Notes under the pieces: generated by a model | Seen by the model: only the letters and a program-made list of their open reading frames with translations | Told to the model about the DNA's origin: nothing | Databases searched by the model: none | In this document: piece after piece, positions 38,449-48,905 of the stretch | How the letters are laid out: each line of letters opens with the position of its first letter | Position numbering within the stretch: the stretch's first letter is position 1 | Assembly: GCA_045589055.1 (NCBI GenBank) | Contig: JAZNFH010000039.1 | Coordinates: 119-64,118 of the forward strand | Source: Faecousia sp. | GTDB taxonomy: Bacteria > Bacillota > Clostridia > Oscillospirales > Oscillospiraceae | DNA: 64,000 nt | Direction: 5' to 3' | Program-made: the position numbers and the translations under genes

Positions 38449-40533
38449 ATGAGCGGGATTATGAATGTTCCCCAGTTTTTCGGTTGTGATGTATTCAACG
38501 AGGCTACCATGCAGCAACGGCTCTCTGAAGATATCTATCACGCATGGAAGCAATGCATCGCTACCGGTACCCCCCTGCCCTTAAGTGTTGCCAACGAAAT
38601 CGCTGAGGCTATGAAAAACTGGGCCACCGAAAAGGGTGCCACCCACTTTACCCACTGGTTTCAGCCCATGACAGGCATCACTGCAGAAAAGCACGATTCC
38701 TTTATTGCACCCACCGGTGACGGTAGGGTCATTATGGAGTTTTCCGGCAAAGAATTGGTGCAAGGTGAATCGGACGCCAGTTCCTTCCCTTCCGGCGGTC
38801 TGCGGGCAACCTTTGAGGCCCGTGGCTATACCGCATGGGATCCTACCGCCTATGCCTTTGTAAAAGACGGCAGCCTGTATATCCCCACCTGTTTCTTCTC
38901 CTACACCGGAGATGCGCTGGATAAGAAGACGCCCCTTCTGCGTTCCATGGATGAGGTTTCCAAGGCTGCGCTTCGGATTCTTCGCTTGTTTGGAGATACC
39001 GACACCCATCGGGTCATTAACTGCGTTGGTGCCGAGCAGGAGTACTTTATTATTCCCAAAGATCTCTACGCCCAGCGTGAAGACCTGCGTTTGACTGGCC
39101 GCACCCTCTTCGGCGCTCCCGCGCCCAAGGGGCAGGAGCTGGATGACCACTATTACGGCACCATCCGCACCCGTATCTCCAACTTCATGAAGGATCTGGA
39201 TGAGCAGCTGTGGCGGCTGGGCGTTCTCTCTAAGACCAAGCATAACGAAGCAGCACCCTGTCAGCATGAGCTGGCTCCCATTTTCCAAAATGCCAATGTC
39301 TCCTGCGATGCCAACCAGCTGGTTATGGAGATTCTAAAAAAGTGCGCTTCCAAACACAACTTGGTATGTCTGCTCCATGAAAAGCCCTTCTTAGGTGTCA
39401 ATGGCTCCGGCAAACACAATAACTATTCTCTGGCAACGGATACCGGTCGGAATCTGTTCCGCCCCGGTCAGACGCCCAGACAGAATGCCCAGTTCCTAGT
39501 ATTTCTTGCTGCATTCATCGCCGGTGTTGACGAGTATCAGGACTTCCTGCGCTGCTCTGTAGCCTCTGCCGGCAACGATCACCGTCTTGGTGCCCATGAA
39601 GCGCCGCCCGCCATCGTTTCCATCTTCCTTGGCGATGAACTGACCGCTGTGGTGGAATCCATTATCAACGGCACCAATTATCAGGATCCTGAAAAGAGCG
39701 TTATGCGCATCGGTGTGGATGTGCTGCCGGCCATTCCTAAGGACACCACTGACCGCAACCGTACCAGTCCCCTGGCCTTCACCGGCAATAAGTTCGAGTT
39801 CCGTATGCTGGGCTCCTCTCAGTCTGTAGCAGGACCCAATATCGCGCTGAATACCATCATGGCTGAAGAGCTGAGTCGGTTTGCCGACGAACTGGAAGGC
39901 GCTGAAGACTTTGATACTGCGCTGCAGAATCTGGTATGCCGAACCTTTACGGAGCACCGCAGGATCATCTTCAACGGCAACGGTTACAGTGCGGAATGGG
40001 AAAAGGAAGCCGCTGCCCGGGGGCTGCACAACTACCGCTCCACCTTTGAAGCCATGCCCCAGTACATCAGCCAGAAGAACATCGATCTTGTCACCAAACA
40101 TGGCATCTTCACGGAAAGTGAGTACCGCGCCCGTCATGAGATCCATCTGGAAGCCTATTGCAAGCTTCTGCGGATTGAGGCCCAGACCACTGTGGATATT
40201 GCCATGCGGCAGATCCTGCCCGCTGTCAGCAAATACTGCGGAGACCTGTGCCAGCGAACTGACTTGAAGCAGCGGCTTCATGTGACTCACAGTGCCGAAA
40301 TGGATCTGATCACCCGGCTCAGCGAAGGTATCGATCAGCTTTATGCTGCCTGTGAAGCACTGAAAAAAGCTCTGGCTGCAGTTCCCACCGACAGCGAAAG
40401 CAGCACGGAATACTACCATAGTGTTATCGTTCCTGCTATGAATACTGTCCGCAGCTTTGCTGACGGTCTGGAAGTTCTGACAGATAAGAGCTACTGGCCC
40501 TTCCCCACCTACGCAGATATTCTGTTCTATTAA
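38449..40533 (+). CDS. Glutamine synthetase type III
   Basis: THFTHWFQP, AEKHD, GYTAWD, HEKPF.GVNGSGKH, DRNRTSP, NKFEFR; RBS before 38449. Confidence 0.95.
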   Translation: MSGIMNVPQFFGCDVFNEATMQQRLSEDIYHAWKQCIATGTPLPLSVANEIAEAMKNWATEKGATHFTHWFQPMTGITAEKHDSFIAPTGDGRVIMEFSGKELVQGESDASSFPSGGLRATFEARGYTAWDPTAYAFVKDGSLYIPTCFFSYTGDALDKKTPLLRSMDEVSKAALRILRLFGDTDTHRVINCVGAEQEYFIIPKDLYAQREDLRLTGRTLFGAPAPKGQELDDHYYGTIRTRISNFMKDLDEQLWRLGVLSKTKHNEAAPCQHELAPIFQNANVSCDANQLVMEILKKCASKHNLVCLLHEKPFLGVNGSGKHNNYSLATDTGRNLFRPGQTPRQNAQFLVFLAAFIAGVDEYQDFLRCSVASAGNDHRLGAHEAPPAIVSIFLGDELTAVVESIINGTNYQDPEKSVMRIGVDVLPAIPKDTTDRNRTSPLAFTGNKFEFRMLGSSQSVAGPNIALNTIMAEELSRFADELEGAEDFDTALQNLVCRTFTEHRRIIFNGNGYSAEWEKEAAARGLHNYRSTFEAMPQYISQKNIDLVTKHGIFTESEYRARHEIHLEAYCKLLRIEAQTTVDIAMRQILPAVSKYCGDLCQRTDLKQRLHVTHSAEMDLITRLSEGIDQLYAACEALKKALAAVPTDSESSTEYYHSVIVPAMNTVRSFADGLEVLTDKSYWPFPTYADILFY

Positions 40534-40616
40534 TTTATTGCTGGCGTATTCTCTTTACTGAGAATACGCCAGTTTCTTGATATAACAAAGAGGCCGGAAA
40601 TCCGGCCTCCTTATTT

Positions 40617-42419
40617 TTAATATATCTTCATCAAAGGTTCGATATACTGCTCACGGCGGCGGGCTTCTTCTGCATTGTAGAAGACATCATCACCAGCGTG
40701 AACACTGCGCAGGTAATCGTGATGGTTCTGCAGAATGGCATCATCGTCCCGAGCCAGCATCATAACGGCGATGGATGAGCACTGGTCGGATGCACGCTCC
40801 AGATAGGTCAGACATTCCATGAAGACCAGACCCGTATCCACATTGCATTCACCCTTCTTCAGGCGCTGGGTATGACGGTCCTGAAGCAGCATGATCATAT
40901 CGTCGATAACCTCTTCCAGAGGCTCCACAGCCTTGGCAGCCTGGTTATCGTTCCGGGAGAAGGCGTCAATGGTAACAGAAATGATCTCGTTCACTGCATC
41001 AAAGAGAATCCGCAGTTCCTTCTGGGCATTTTCGGAGAAGGCCGCATTGTTGTCCTGCAGCTTCTGACCCATCTCAGAGAAGTTCGTAGCATAGTCACCG
41101 ATACGCTCGAAGTTAGGAACAGACTGCATCAGCATGTCCAGCTGACGGTCTTCCCGCTCTGTTTCGATAATTTTGGAAAGGCCGATCAGGAAGTGGTCGG
41201 AAGCATCGGCAAACCGGTCCAGGCATTCCTCATCTTCATCAATAACGGCGTTTCTTGCCGCATCGTAGCACATCAGCTGCTCACAGCCCCGAGCAAAGTT
41301 CTCTCTGGCAACGCAGCCCATAGCCGCAACTGCCTTGGTAGCTTCGCCCAGTGCAACAGCGGGAGAAATATACAAATTCTCGTTGAGGGTAAGCAGTTCC
41401 GGATGGGCAGGCGCCTTCTCAGGATCGTCTTTGACCACCATCACGGACATCTTAACCAGCTGATTGGTAAAGGGCAGAAGCAGGCAGCAGGTAGCCACAT
41501 TAAAAGCTGTCTGGAAAGTCGCAATCACCGTAGAAGTTGCTTCCATTGTCCAGAAAGCCTCTCCAAATACCTGGAAATGCTGCATGATACTCAGAATGAT
41601 CATAAAGGCCACGGTACCGATGGAGTTAAAGACAACATGGACAAGACCGGTACGGCGGGAATCCTTATGGGATTCGCCCACGAAGCAGTAAAATGCAGTA
41701 ACCAAAGTAGTACCGATGTTGATACCCATGATGATGGGGTACACACCGGAGAAGTCCATGGCGCCGGTTGCGGACAGGGACTGCAGCATGGCAACGGTAG
41801 CGGAAGAACTCTGGACAATAACCGTCAGCACACAGCCGGCAATGATACCCAGAACAGGCTTATCGGAGAAGCCGGCCAAAAGCTCCATAAAAGCAGGAGA
41901 ATTGGCAAAGCCCTTTACAGCACCGGTCATGTTCATCAAACCAATAAACAGAATACCAAAACCCATGGAAATGTCACCCACGATCTTGGCTTTCTTGGTC
42001 TTAACGAACATGATCATCACGATACCGATAAACAGCGCAATTGGCGCCAGGGTATCAGTGTCAAAGAGCCACAGGATGAAGCTTCCGCCGCCTTCCATAA
42101 AGGCCAGATTGGTAATCCACGCCGTAACTGTAGTACCGATATTGGCACCCATGACAATGGACACGGCCTGCTTGAGTGTCAGCACACCGGCACCAATCAG
42201 GGCAACCGCAAGAACGATGGTTGCCGTGGAGCTTTGGATCACCGCAGTAACCAAGGTACCGGTGAGAACACCGGTGATCAGATTACCGGAAACCTTTTCC
42301 AGTACGCGCTTCAATGCGGCACCGGAACTGTTTTTCAAACCGTCACCCATGACCTCGATACCGTACAGGAACATGGCCAGACCACCAAGCATCTGTACGA
42401 TTGCAGATACAATTTCCAT
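40617..42419 (-). CDS. Na/Pi cotransporter family protein with PhoU domains
   Basis: QSSTAT/QSSSAT, GANIGTT, ERIGDYA. Confidence 0.93.
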   Translation of the reverse strand: MEIVSAIVQMLGGLAMFLYGIEVMGDGLKNSSGAALKRVLEKVSGNLITGVLTGTLVTAVIQSSTATIVLAVALIGAGVLTLKQAVSIVMGANIGTTVTAWITNLAFMEGGGSFILWLFDTDTLAPIALFIGIVMIMFVKTKKAKIVGDISMGFGILFIGLMNMTGAVKGFANSPAFMELLAGFSDKPVLGIIAGCVLTVIVQSSSATVAMLQSLSATGAMDFSGVYPIIMGINIGTTLVTAFYCFVGESHKDSRRTGLVHVVFNSIGTVAFMIILSIMQHFQVFGEAFWTMEATSTVIATFQTAFNVATCCLLLPFTNQLVKMSVMVVKDDPEKAPAHPELLTLNENLYISPAVALGEATKAVAAMGCVARENFARGCEQLMCYDAARNAVIDEDEECLDRFADASDHFLIGLSKIIETEREDRQLDMLMQSVPNFERIGDYATNFSEMGQKLQDNNAAFSENAQKELRILFDAVNEIISVTIDAFSRNDNQAAKAVEPLEEVIDDMIMLLQDRHTQRLKKGECNVDTGLVFMECLTYLERASDQCSSIAVMMLARDDDAILQNHHDYLRSVHAGDDVFYNAEEARRREQYIEPLMKIY

Positions 42420-42500
42420 AGGGACCCTCCCTTTCAAAATTCACCAGAGTAATTATAAGTGATTTTCAACCGGTTGTACAGCAAAATTTTACAAAATTTT

Positions 42501-42938
42501 TTACTTTCCTGTGGAGCCAAAGCCACCAATACCACGAACGGTCTCGCTCAAAATCTCTACTTCCGTAAAACCGGGGGTAATCACCGGTGTCACCAGCAGC
42601 TGGGCAATGCGCTCTCCATGTGCAATGGTCTGGGACTCGGATCCGTGGTTATAGAGTGCCACCATAAACTCGCCGCGGTAATCCGCATCTACAACACCAA
42701 CTTTATTGGCAGGTGCCAGGCCCCGCTTAGTACCCAAACTGCTGCGGGCATAGATAAGACCCGCATAGCCAACAGGAATCTCCATAGCAAGTCCGGTAGG
42801 AATAAATACGGTCTTACCGGGTTCGATCACCACAGGCGCATCCAGGCAGGCATACAGATCAGCACCCGCTGCCCAGGCAGAACCGTATGTGGGAAGTACA
42901 GCATTGTCTCTCAGCTTCTTTACAGGTATTTTATCCAT
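42501..42938 (-). CDS. dut: dUTP diphosphatase
   Basis: AGADL, ARSS, GVVDADYRG, RIAQ, RGIGGFGSTG. Confidence 0.97.
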   Translation of the reverse strand: MDKIPVKKLRDNAVLPTYGSAWAAGADLYACLDAPVVIEPGKTVFIPTGLAMEIPVGYAGLIYARSSLGTKRGLAPANKVGVVDADYRGEFMVALYNHGSESQTIAHGERIAQLLVTPVITPGFTEVEILSETVRGIGGFGSTGK

Positions 42939-42959
42939 AATTCTATTAACCCTTCCCTA

Positions 42960-43871
42960 TCATTTTGATTTTCCAAGACCGGAGAAGAACCGGAAGCACA
43001 TAGGCCACAGCAGACCCGCAACCATAACGATCAGAAAATACCGGACCGCTCTTGCTGCCAGATGACCGGCAAAGATCGCATCCAGCGGCCCACGCAGACC
43101 CTCTTTCACAGCCAGCACCAGACCCAGACCAACCACAATCTTGATCAGCTGCACCCACCAGACAGCACGCTCATCAAATTGGATATACTTCTTTTCAATG
43201 GGATATCCCACTGCCAGGCCAACAGTTGCACCCAAAAGGGTGTAGGCGTTTTTCATTGCGGAAGCCAGATTGTGTTCGTCGATGTCCGCTGGGAAGGAGG
43301 ACAGCTCCATGATCAGCAGATATACCAGGCTGATAGCCGACAGTGCCAGCAGGACAATAAAGGTACGATCTTTGCGGCCCATCATCAGTGGGTACAGCAG
43401 AAAAACAAAGAAAGCAGAGATGGCAGCTCCCACCAAAACATCCGCCGGTGTATGGACACCGATATACATTCTGGACAAGCCCACCAGCAGTGCAAGAAGG
43501 ATACTGCCGTAGCGAATGGCGGGTTTTCCTGTATAACGGGCAATGGCACCGAATGTACCCACAGCAGTCTGCGTATGTCCGCTGGGGAATGAATAACCGG
43601 CAGCAGCTTCCCGCGCTTCCTCCAGAATGGTAAATGTCGGGTCTTTTACCCACGGACGGGGTATCCGGCAGGCAATCTTCATGGCCTGACTGGCAATGGT
43701 ACCCAGAAAGCCAACCCCCATTAAGTAGTAACCCATCCGCTTGCTGACACACCAGAACACAACTAGGCCAATGACCAGAAAAGCAGTTTCCTCACCCAAT
43801 GTTGTCAAAGCCAGCATCAGCTTGTTGAGAACCGGATTTCGGTGTTGTTCCAGAAAGTACAAAAATTCCAT
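42960..43871 (-). CDS. PAP2 family phosphatase
   Basis: K....PRP, SFPSGH, SRMYIGVH.P.D. Confidence 0.92.
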   Translation of the reverse strand: MEFLYFLEQHRNPVLNKLMLALTTLGEETAFLVIGLVVFWCVSKRMGYYLMGVGFLGTIASQAMKIACRIPRPWVKDPTFTILEEAREAAAGYSFPSGHTQTAVGTFGAIARYTGKPAIRYGSILLALLVGLSRMYIGVHTPADVLVGAAISAFFVFLLYPLMMGRKDRTFIVLLALSAISLVYLLIMELSSFPADIDEHNLASAMKNAYTLLGATVGLAVGYPIEKKYIQFDERAVWWVQLIKIVVGLGLVLAVKEGLRGPLDAIFAGHLAARAVRYFLIVMVAGLLWPMCFRFFSGLGKSK

Positions 43872-44019
43872 ACGATTCCGCCTTTCCTGCATTTTCGTTT
43901 ATTATAGCAGTTTATAAAGGAATTGTAAAGTTCTTACCACAGCACTTGTCAAGGGGCAATTGCTTGGCTATAATATAGAAAAACAATCTGGGTATCCTAT
44001 GGTATCAAGGAGGAATTGT

Positions 44020-44724
44020 ATGTATTTTGATTGGACTTATGTGGTACTGGTGCTTCCCTGCGTTCTGCTTTCCCTATGGGCCAGCAGCAGCGTCAACAGC
44101 ACTTTTAAGCGGTATTCCCAACAGCATTCCCGCCGGGGAATTACCGGCGCTCAGGCTGCTGAGCGGGTATTGCGCAGTAACGGGGTTTCCGGTGTTCGCA
44201 TTGAGCGGGTCAGCGGAAATCTTACAGACCATTTCGACCCCAGAACCAATGTGATCCGCCTCTCGGACAGTGTCTACGGCAGTAGCTCTACCGCTGCCAT
44301 TGGCGTTGCCTGCCACGAAGCGGGTCATGCAGTACAGTATGCCCAAAGCTATGGACCCATCAAACTGCGCGCTGCCATTATTCCCATTACCAATATCGGT
44401 TCCAGGCTGGCAATGCCGTTGATTCTGATTGGTCTGCTGCTGGCCGCCTTTGAAGATCTTTCTTACAGTTTTGTATATCTGGGCATCGCATGCTTTGGTC
44501 TTTCGCTGGTGTTTCAGCTGGTTACCCTGCCTGTGGAATTCAATGCCAGCCGAAGAGCCATGGCCGCCATTGAATCCGGAGAAATGCTCACTGAAGAAGA
44601 ACAGCGTGGCGCTAAGAAAACTCTGACAGCGGCAGCCATGACTTATGTGGCGGCTACAGCGGTTTCGCTGGCGCAGCTTCTTCGCTTACTTGTCATTTTT
44701 GGTGGTCGCAGACGCCGTGATTAA
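44020..44724 (+). CDS. Neutral zinc metallopeptidase (YugP-like)
   Basis: LTDHFDP, HEAGHAVQ, TLPVEFNAS. Confidence 0.92.
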   Translation: MYFDWTYVVLVLPCVLLSLWASSSVNSTFKRYSQQHSRRGITGAQAAERVLRSNGVSGVRIERVSGNLTDHFDPRTNVIRLSDSVYGSSSTAAIGVACHEAGHAVQYAQSYGPIKLRAAIIPITNIGSRLAMPLILIGLLLAAFEDLSYSFVYLGIACFGLSLVFQLVTLPVEFNASRRAMAAIESGEMLTEEEQRGAKKTLTAAAMTYVAATAVSLAQLLRLLVIFGGRRRRD

Positions 44725-44780
44725 TCAAAATTTCCCGCTTTGTGCTTGACAGCCGAAGCGGGATGTATTATACTTTGCTG

Positions 44781-44807
44781 GTATGAAAAGTATGAAAAGT
44801 GTGAAAG
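44781..44807 (+). promoter_or_regulatory. Three 9-bp direct repeats, probable autoregulatory operator
   Basis: GTATGAAAA GTATGAAAA GTGTGAAAG between the sigmaA promoter and the RBS. Confidence 0.55.
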
Positions 44808-44819
44808 GAGGGGTAATCC

Positions 44820-45059
44820 ATGGCTGGTGGAAAACACATCCTTGGAAAGCAAAATGCCCAAAAGGTTTTCGGTACCGCCAAGGTCGGTGACCGTGGGCAG
44901 ATCGTAATTCCAAAAGAAGCCAGAGAGTATTTTGGCATTGAACCCGGGGACACCCTGCTGATCCTTGGAAAACACGAAACAGGTCTGATCGTAACCAAGC
45001 CGGAAACCCTGAATGATTTGGCAAACCGGATCTTCCGATCCGTAGAAACAGAGGACTGA
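44820..45059 (+). CDS. AbrB/MazE/SpoVT family DNA-binding protein
   Basis: KVGDRGQIVIPKEAREYFGIEPGD. Confidence 0.92.
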   Translation: MAGGKHILGKQNAQKVFGTAKVGDRGQIVIPKEAREYFGIEPGDTLLILGKHETGLIVTKPETLNDLANRIFRSVETED

Positions 45060-45061
45060 AT

Positions 45062-46345
45062 ATGAACCAAATGACTGCTATGTATGAAAATATGGGCATC
45101 TCCCCTGCTGTGTATGCCTACGGTGAAAAAACAATCGCTCAATTGAAAGAGCGTTTTGATGCCATCGACCATGTGGCCGAATACAACCAAGCCAAGGTGC
45201 TGACCGCATTCCGCAAAAACCGGGTTTCCGCCACCTGCTTTGCCGCTTCCACCGGCTACGGCTACAACGATGAGGGCCGCGATAAGTTAGAGCAGGTCTA
45301 TGCGGATGTATTCCACACAGAAGCTGCTTTGGTGCGCCCCCACATCACCTGCGGCACCCATGCTCTAACCATCGCCCTCAGCGCCAATTTGCTGCCCGGT
45401 GATGAGTTGCTGTCTCCCGTGGGTCTGCCTTATGATACCCTGCAGGAGGTCATCGGCATCCGTCCCAGCCCCTGCTCTCTGGCAGAGTACGGTGTCAGCT
45501 ACCGGCAGGTGGATCTGCTGGAAGGCGGCAAATTCGATTACGAGGGTATCCACAATGCCATTAACGAAAAGACTAAGCTGATCACCATTCAGCGCTCCAA
45601 GGGTTACGCCACCCGCCCCACCTTCTCCGTCAACCAAATCGGCGAACTCATCGCCTTCTGCAAGAGCATCAAGCCCGATGTGATGGTGATGGTGGATAAC
45701 TGCTACGGCGAATTCGTAGAGACCATCGAGCCTTCCGATGTTGGCGCTGACATGATCGTAGGCAGCCTTATCAAGAACCCCGGCGGCGGTCTGGCTTCCT
45801 CCGGCGGCTACATTGCCGGCACGCAAAAGTGTATTGACCGCTGCGCTTACCGGCTCTCCGCTCCCGGCCTTGGCCAGGAGGTTGGCGCAAACTTCGGCCT
45901 CATGGGTCAGCTGTATCAGGGCTTCTTCCTGTCCCCCACCGTCACCGCCAACGCCGAAAAGGGCGCGATCTTCGCGGCAAATCTCTATGAGCCTTTGGGC
46001 TTCAAGTGCGTTCCCAATGCCACCGAGAGCCGCCACGATATCATTCAAGCTGTGGAACTGGGAAGCCCCGAGGGCATGATCGCTTTCTGCAAGGGCATCC
46101 AGGCTGCCGCTCCCGTGGACAGCTTCGCAACCCCCATCCCCGGTGACATGCCCGGCTATGACAGCCAGGTGATCATGGCTGCCGGCGCATTCGTCCAGGG
46201 CAGCACCATGGAGCTTTCCGCTGACGGCCCCATCCGGGAGCCTTACGCAGTATACTTCCAGGGTGGTCTGACCTGGTATCATGCAAAACTTGGTATTCTT
46301 ATGAGCCTGCAGAAAATGGTTGATGCAGGTCTCATAACACTGTAA
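45062..46345 (+). CDS. YnbB-like PLP enzyme (methionine gamma-lyase / aluminium-resistance family)
   Basis: STGYGY, GTHAL, IQRSKGY, DNCYGEF, GSLIKNPGGG. Confidence 0.92.
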   Translation: MNQMTAMYENMGISPAVYAYGEKTIAQLKERFDAIDHVAEYNQAKVLTAFRKNRVSATCFAASTGYGYNDEGRDKLEQVYADVFHTEAALVRPHITCGTHALTIALSANLLPGDELLSPVGLPYDTLQEVIGIRPSPCSLAEYGVSYRQVDLLEGGKFDYEGIHNAINEKTKLITIQRSKGYATRPTFSVNQIGELIAFCKSIKPDVMVMVDNCYGEFVETIEPSDVGADMIVGSLIKNPGGGLASSGGYIAGTQKCIDRCAYRLSAPGLGQEVGANFGLMGQLYQGFFLSPTVTANAEKGAIFAANLYEPLGFKCVPNATESRHDIIQAVELGSPEGMIAFCKGIQAAAPVDSFATPIPGDMPGYDSQVIMAAGAFVQGSTMELSADGPIREPYAVYFQGGLTWYHAKLGILMSLQKMVDAGLITL

Positions 46346-46358
46346 GGAGGAAACTTAT

Positions 46359-47285
46359 ATGTCTTGGCTATTCTTTTCCATCGCAACCGCACTCTTGTGG
46401 GGCACCGCGGAACTTTTCTACAAAAAAGGTGCTGTCGAAACTGAGAAGTATTCTCACCTGAAGATCTGCGTTTGGGTCGGTGTCGTCATGGGAGCCCATG
46501 CCATCTTCACCCTGCTGACCCAGAATATCGGTTACAATCCCGTTAACCTAATCCGCTATTTGCCCGTTTCTCTGTTTTACATCATTTCCATGGCATTCTC
46601 CTACTTCGGAATGCGGTTTTTGGAAGAGTCTATCTCTGACCCCATCGAAAACACCGCCGGTGTCATCTGCACACTGTTGTTTGTTGTTTTCCTGCAGGAA
46701 GAGATCTCCGCATTCACCTGGATTGCCATTGCGGTCATTACCATCGGCGTTTTGGGCGTCAGCTTCCTGGAAAACCACGGTGAGACCCAGAGAAAGAAAA
46801 GATTGGGCAAGGGTCTTGCTATTGTCGCTTTCTGCATGCCCTTTGTGTATGCCCTGCTGGATGCCTTCGGCACTTTCCTGGATGATGCGTTTTTCCTGAT
46901 TGAGGATGTGGCGTCTTCCCCTCTGGTGGATGTAACCGAAGAGACCATCGAAGCTGTCGCCAATACCAGCTATGAGCTGACCTTTGCTCTGTTTGCTTTG
47001 GGCCTGTTCATCTTCATGAAAGCCAAAAAGGTCAAGTTTGGCCCCGTACCCCAGCACAAGGACAAGATTCTGGCGGCTGTATTTGAGACCGCAGGCCAGT
47101 TTACTTATGTGTACGCCCTGGGTGGCGTAGATGCGGTTGCCGCACCTATTCTCTCCTCTGTCTGCGTTGTTTCCCTGCTGCTTTCCCGGATTTTCTTGAA
47201 AGAAAAGCTTTCCTGGAAAACCTATGTGTTCATCGGTGTGGTCATCATCGGCATCCTGTTGCTGGCAGTGAGTGAAGAGCTGTAA
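46359..47285 (+). CDS. EamA/DMT family transporter
   Basis: About ten TM helices, FLQEEI / FLKEKL repeat ends. Confidence 0.85.
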   Translation: MSWLFFSIATALLWGTAELFYKKGAVETEKYSHLKICVWVGVVMGAHAIFTLLTQNIGYNPVNLIRYLPVSLFYIISMAFSYFGMRFLEESISDPIENTAGVICTLLFVVFLQEEISAFTWIAIAVITIGVLGVSFLENHGETQRKKRLGKGLAIVAFCMPFVYALLDAFGTFLDDAFFLIEDVASSPLVDVTEETIEAVANTSYELTFALFALGLFIFMKAKKVKFGPVPQHKDKILAAVFETAGQFTYVYALGGVDAVAAPILSSVCVVSLLLSRIFLKEKLSWKTYVFIGVVIIGILLLAVSEEL

Positions 47286-47523
47286 TCATAAAAGACCCGA
47301 CAGTCAAGTCTGTTGGGTCTTTTGCTTTGTCAGAGCTGTTATAATACAGCCATTGTGGTTCATAGGGATCCCCTTTCAAAATCAACATGGGAGGAATCTT
47401 AGGTAACCAGATCACAGGGCATCTAATTTTGCAAGGCGTTCCTGAAAAATGTGCATTATTTGTTGACAGTATGATACTTTTTCAGTATAGTAACAGAAAA
47501 AATCTCATTAGGAGGCATTCGGT

Positions 47524-47910
47524 ATGAACATTACAGTCGGTGCAAAGGGTGAGGTTTCCGCACTTGTGGAACGGGAAGACACTGCTTTGGAAGTGGGTTC
47601 CGGCAGTCTGCTGGTCTATGCTACTCCCTGCATGGCCGCGCTGATGGAAGGCGCTGCCTGTGAAGCGCTGGAAGGTCTTCTGGACGAGGACACGACCACA
47701 GTAGGCTGCGAGCTGAACTTGAAGCATCTGGCGGCGACGCCTGTGGGTATGGAGGTTCGGGCAGAAGCGGAGGTCACCGCTGTAGATGGCAAGATCATTA
47801 CCTTCTCCATCACCGCCTATGACGAAGCAGGCAAAATCGGTGAAGCAGAACACAAGCGTGCTGTTGTCACGACCCAGAGATTTCTGGATAAAACCTACGC
47901 AAAGCTGTAA
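47524..47910 (+). CDS. Hotdog thioesterase (FlK-like)
   Basis: VGSG.L.VYATP.M.ALME, TTVG, HLAATPVG. Confidence 0.9.
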   Translation: MNITVGAKGEVSALVEREDTALEVGSGSLLVYATPCMAALMEGAACEALEGLLDEDTTTVGCELNLKHLAATPVGMEVRAEAEVTAVDGKIITFSITAYDEAGKIGEAEHKRAVVTTQRFLDKTYAKL

Positions 47911-47956
47911 TATCGATAGGAAAAAGCGGTACTTCGGTACCGCTTTTTCTGTTTTG

Positions 47957-48110
47957 GATAAAAGGGAAAGCAACGAGAAAGCAAAGGGAAAGCAAAGACA
48001 AAGCTAAGATGTAGTAAGCAAGGGGGAGAAAGAGGTAGAGATAGAGATAGAGATAGAGAATGAGATAGAGAATGAGATAGAGTAAGAGGACGACAGTCTA
48101 TTACGCGCAG
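47957..48110 (+). repeat. Purine-rich GAGnnn hexamer tract, possible remnant of a phage replication-protein linker
   Basis: GAAAGCAA repeats, then 11 GAG-nnn units reading EKEVEIEIEIENEIENEIE*ED. Confidence 0.6.
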
Positions 48111-48294
48111 GGGTGTATGCGATAAAAAAGCGATAAAATTTCACGCATTTTTCTGGATAAAAATGAAAAGCTGTTGCGGTACAACGACTTTTTGAAAATA
48201 AGCTGCGATACAAAAGCGGTATGACTTTTCAATCATGATATAGTATAATCACTGCAGAAGAAAACCCTCCCGTATGGGAGGGTTGTGGGGCTTA

Positions 48295-48894
48295 TCAAAT
48301 CTCCTGGCGGCCTTCCAATGCTCTGGACAATGTGACCTCATCGGCATATTCCAGCTGGGAACCGACAGGAACGCCATAGGCCAGGCGCGTTACCTTGATC
48401 TCCATGGGGCGCAGGAGACGGGAAATGTACATGGCTGTGGCTTCGCCCTCGGTATCGGGATTGGTAGCCATAATGACCTCCCGAATATCGCCCCGGGCAA
48501 CCCGGGTCAGCAGTTCGCGAATACGGATATCATCCTGTGAAACATGGTTCAGTGGGGAGATGACACCATGGAGCACATGATACACGCCGTTAAACTCCCG
48601 GCTCCGCTCCATGGCGATCACATCCTTGGGTTCCGCAACCACGCAGACGATGCTGTGGTCCCGGCTGTCACTGTCGCAAATAGGACACACTTCCCTATCC
48701 GTCAAGTTCTGACACTCCGGACAGGTATGGACTTCCCTCTTAGCTGCCAGAATGGCATCGGCAAAGTCCTGTGCCTCCTCCAGGGGAAGCTCCAGCACAT
48801 GAAAAGCTAAACGCTGGGCAGTCTTGCCGCCGATCCCCGGCAGCCGGGCAAAGCGGTCGGCCAAATTCTGCAGCGCCGCGGGAAAATACTGCAT
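48295..48894 (-). CDS. recR: Recombination mediator RecR
   Basis: LPGIGGKTAQR, C4 zinc finger, YHVLHG, EGEATA, EYADEVTL. Confidence 0.97.
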   Translation of the reverse strand: MQYFPAALQNLADRFARLPGIGGKTAQRLAFHVLELPLEEAQDFADAILAAKREVHTCPECQNLTDREVCPICDSDSRDHSIVCVVAEPKDVIAMERSREFNGVYHVLHGVISPLNHVSQDDIRIRELLTRVARGDIREVIMATNPDTEGEATAMYISRLLRPMEIKVTRLAYGVPVGSQLEYADEVTLSRALEGRQEI

Positions 48895-48905
48895 CGCTTT
48901 CTACC

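Noticed and set aside
40872-42452. Long antisense ORFs (also 6273-7367, 45365-46282, 59020-60276, 39496-40419, 32130-32981)
   Set aside because: Codon-bias shadows of well-supported genes on the other strand, with no motifs.
44820-45059. AbrB/MazE-family protein as the missing MazF antitoxin
   Set aside because: 40 kb away, heads its own operon and lacks an extended toxin-binding tail; EndoA antitoxins are RHH-type.
47330-47400. RBS+ATG on the minus strand resembling the Na/Pi transporter leader (42417-42445)
   Set aside because: Similarity is mostly the Shine-Dalgarno region; the reading frame runs into the terminator and convergent gene; at most a remnant.
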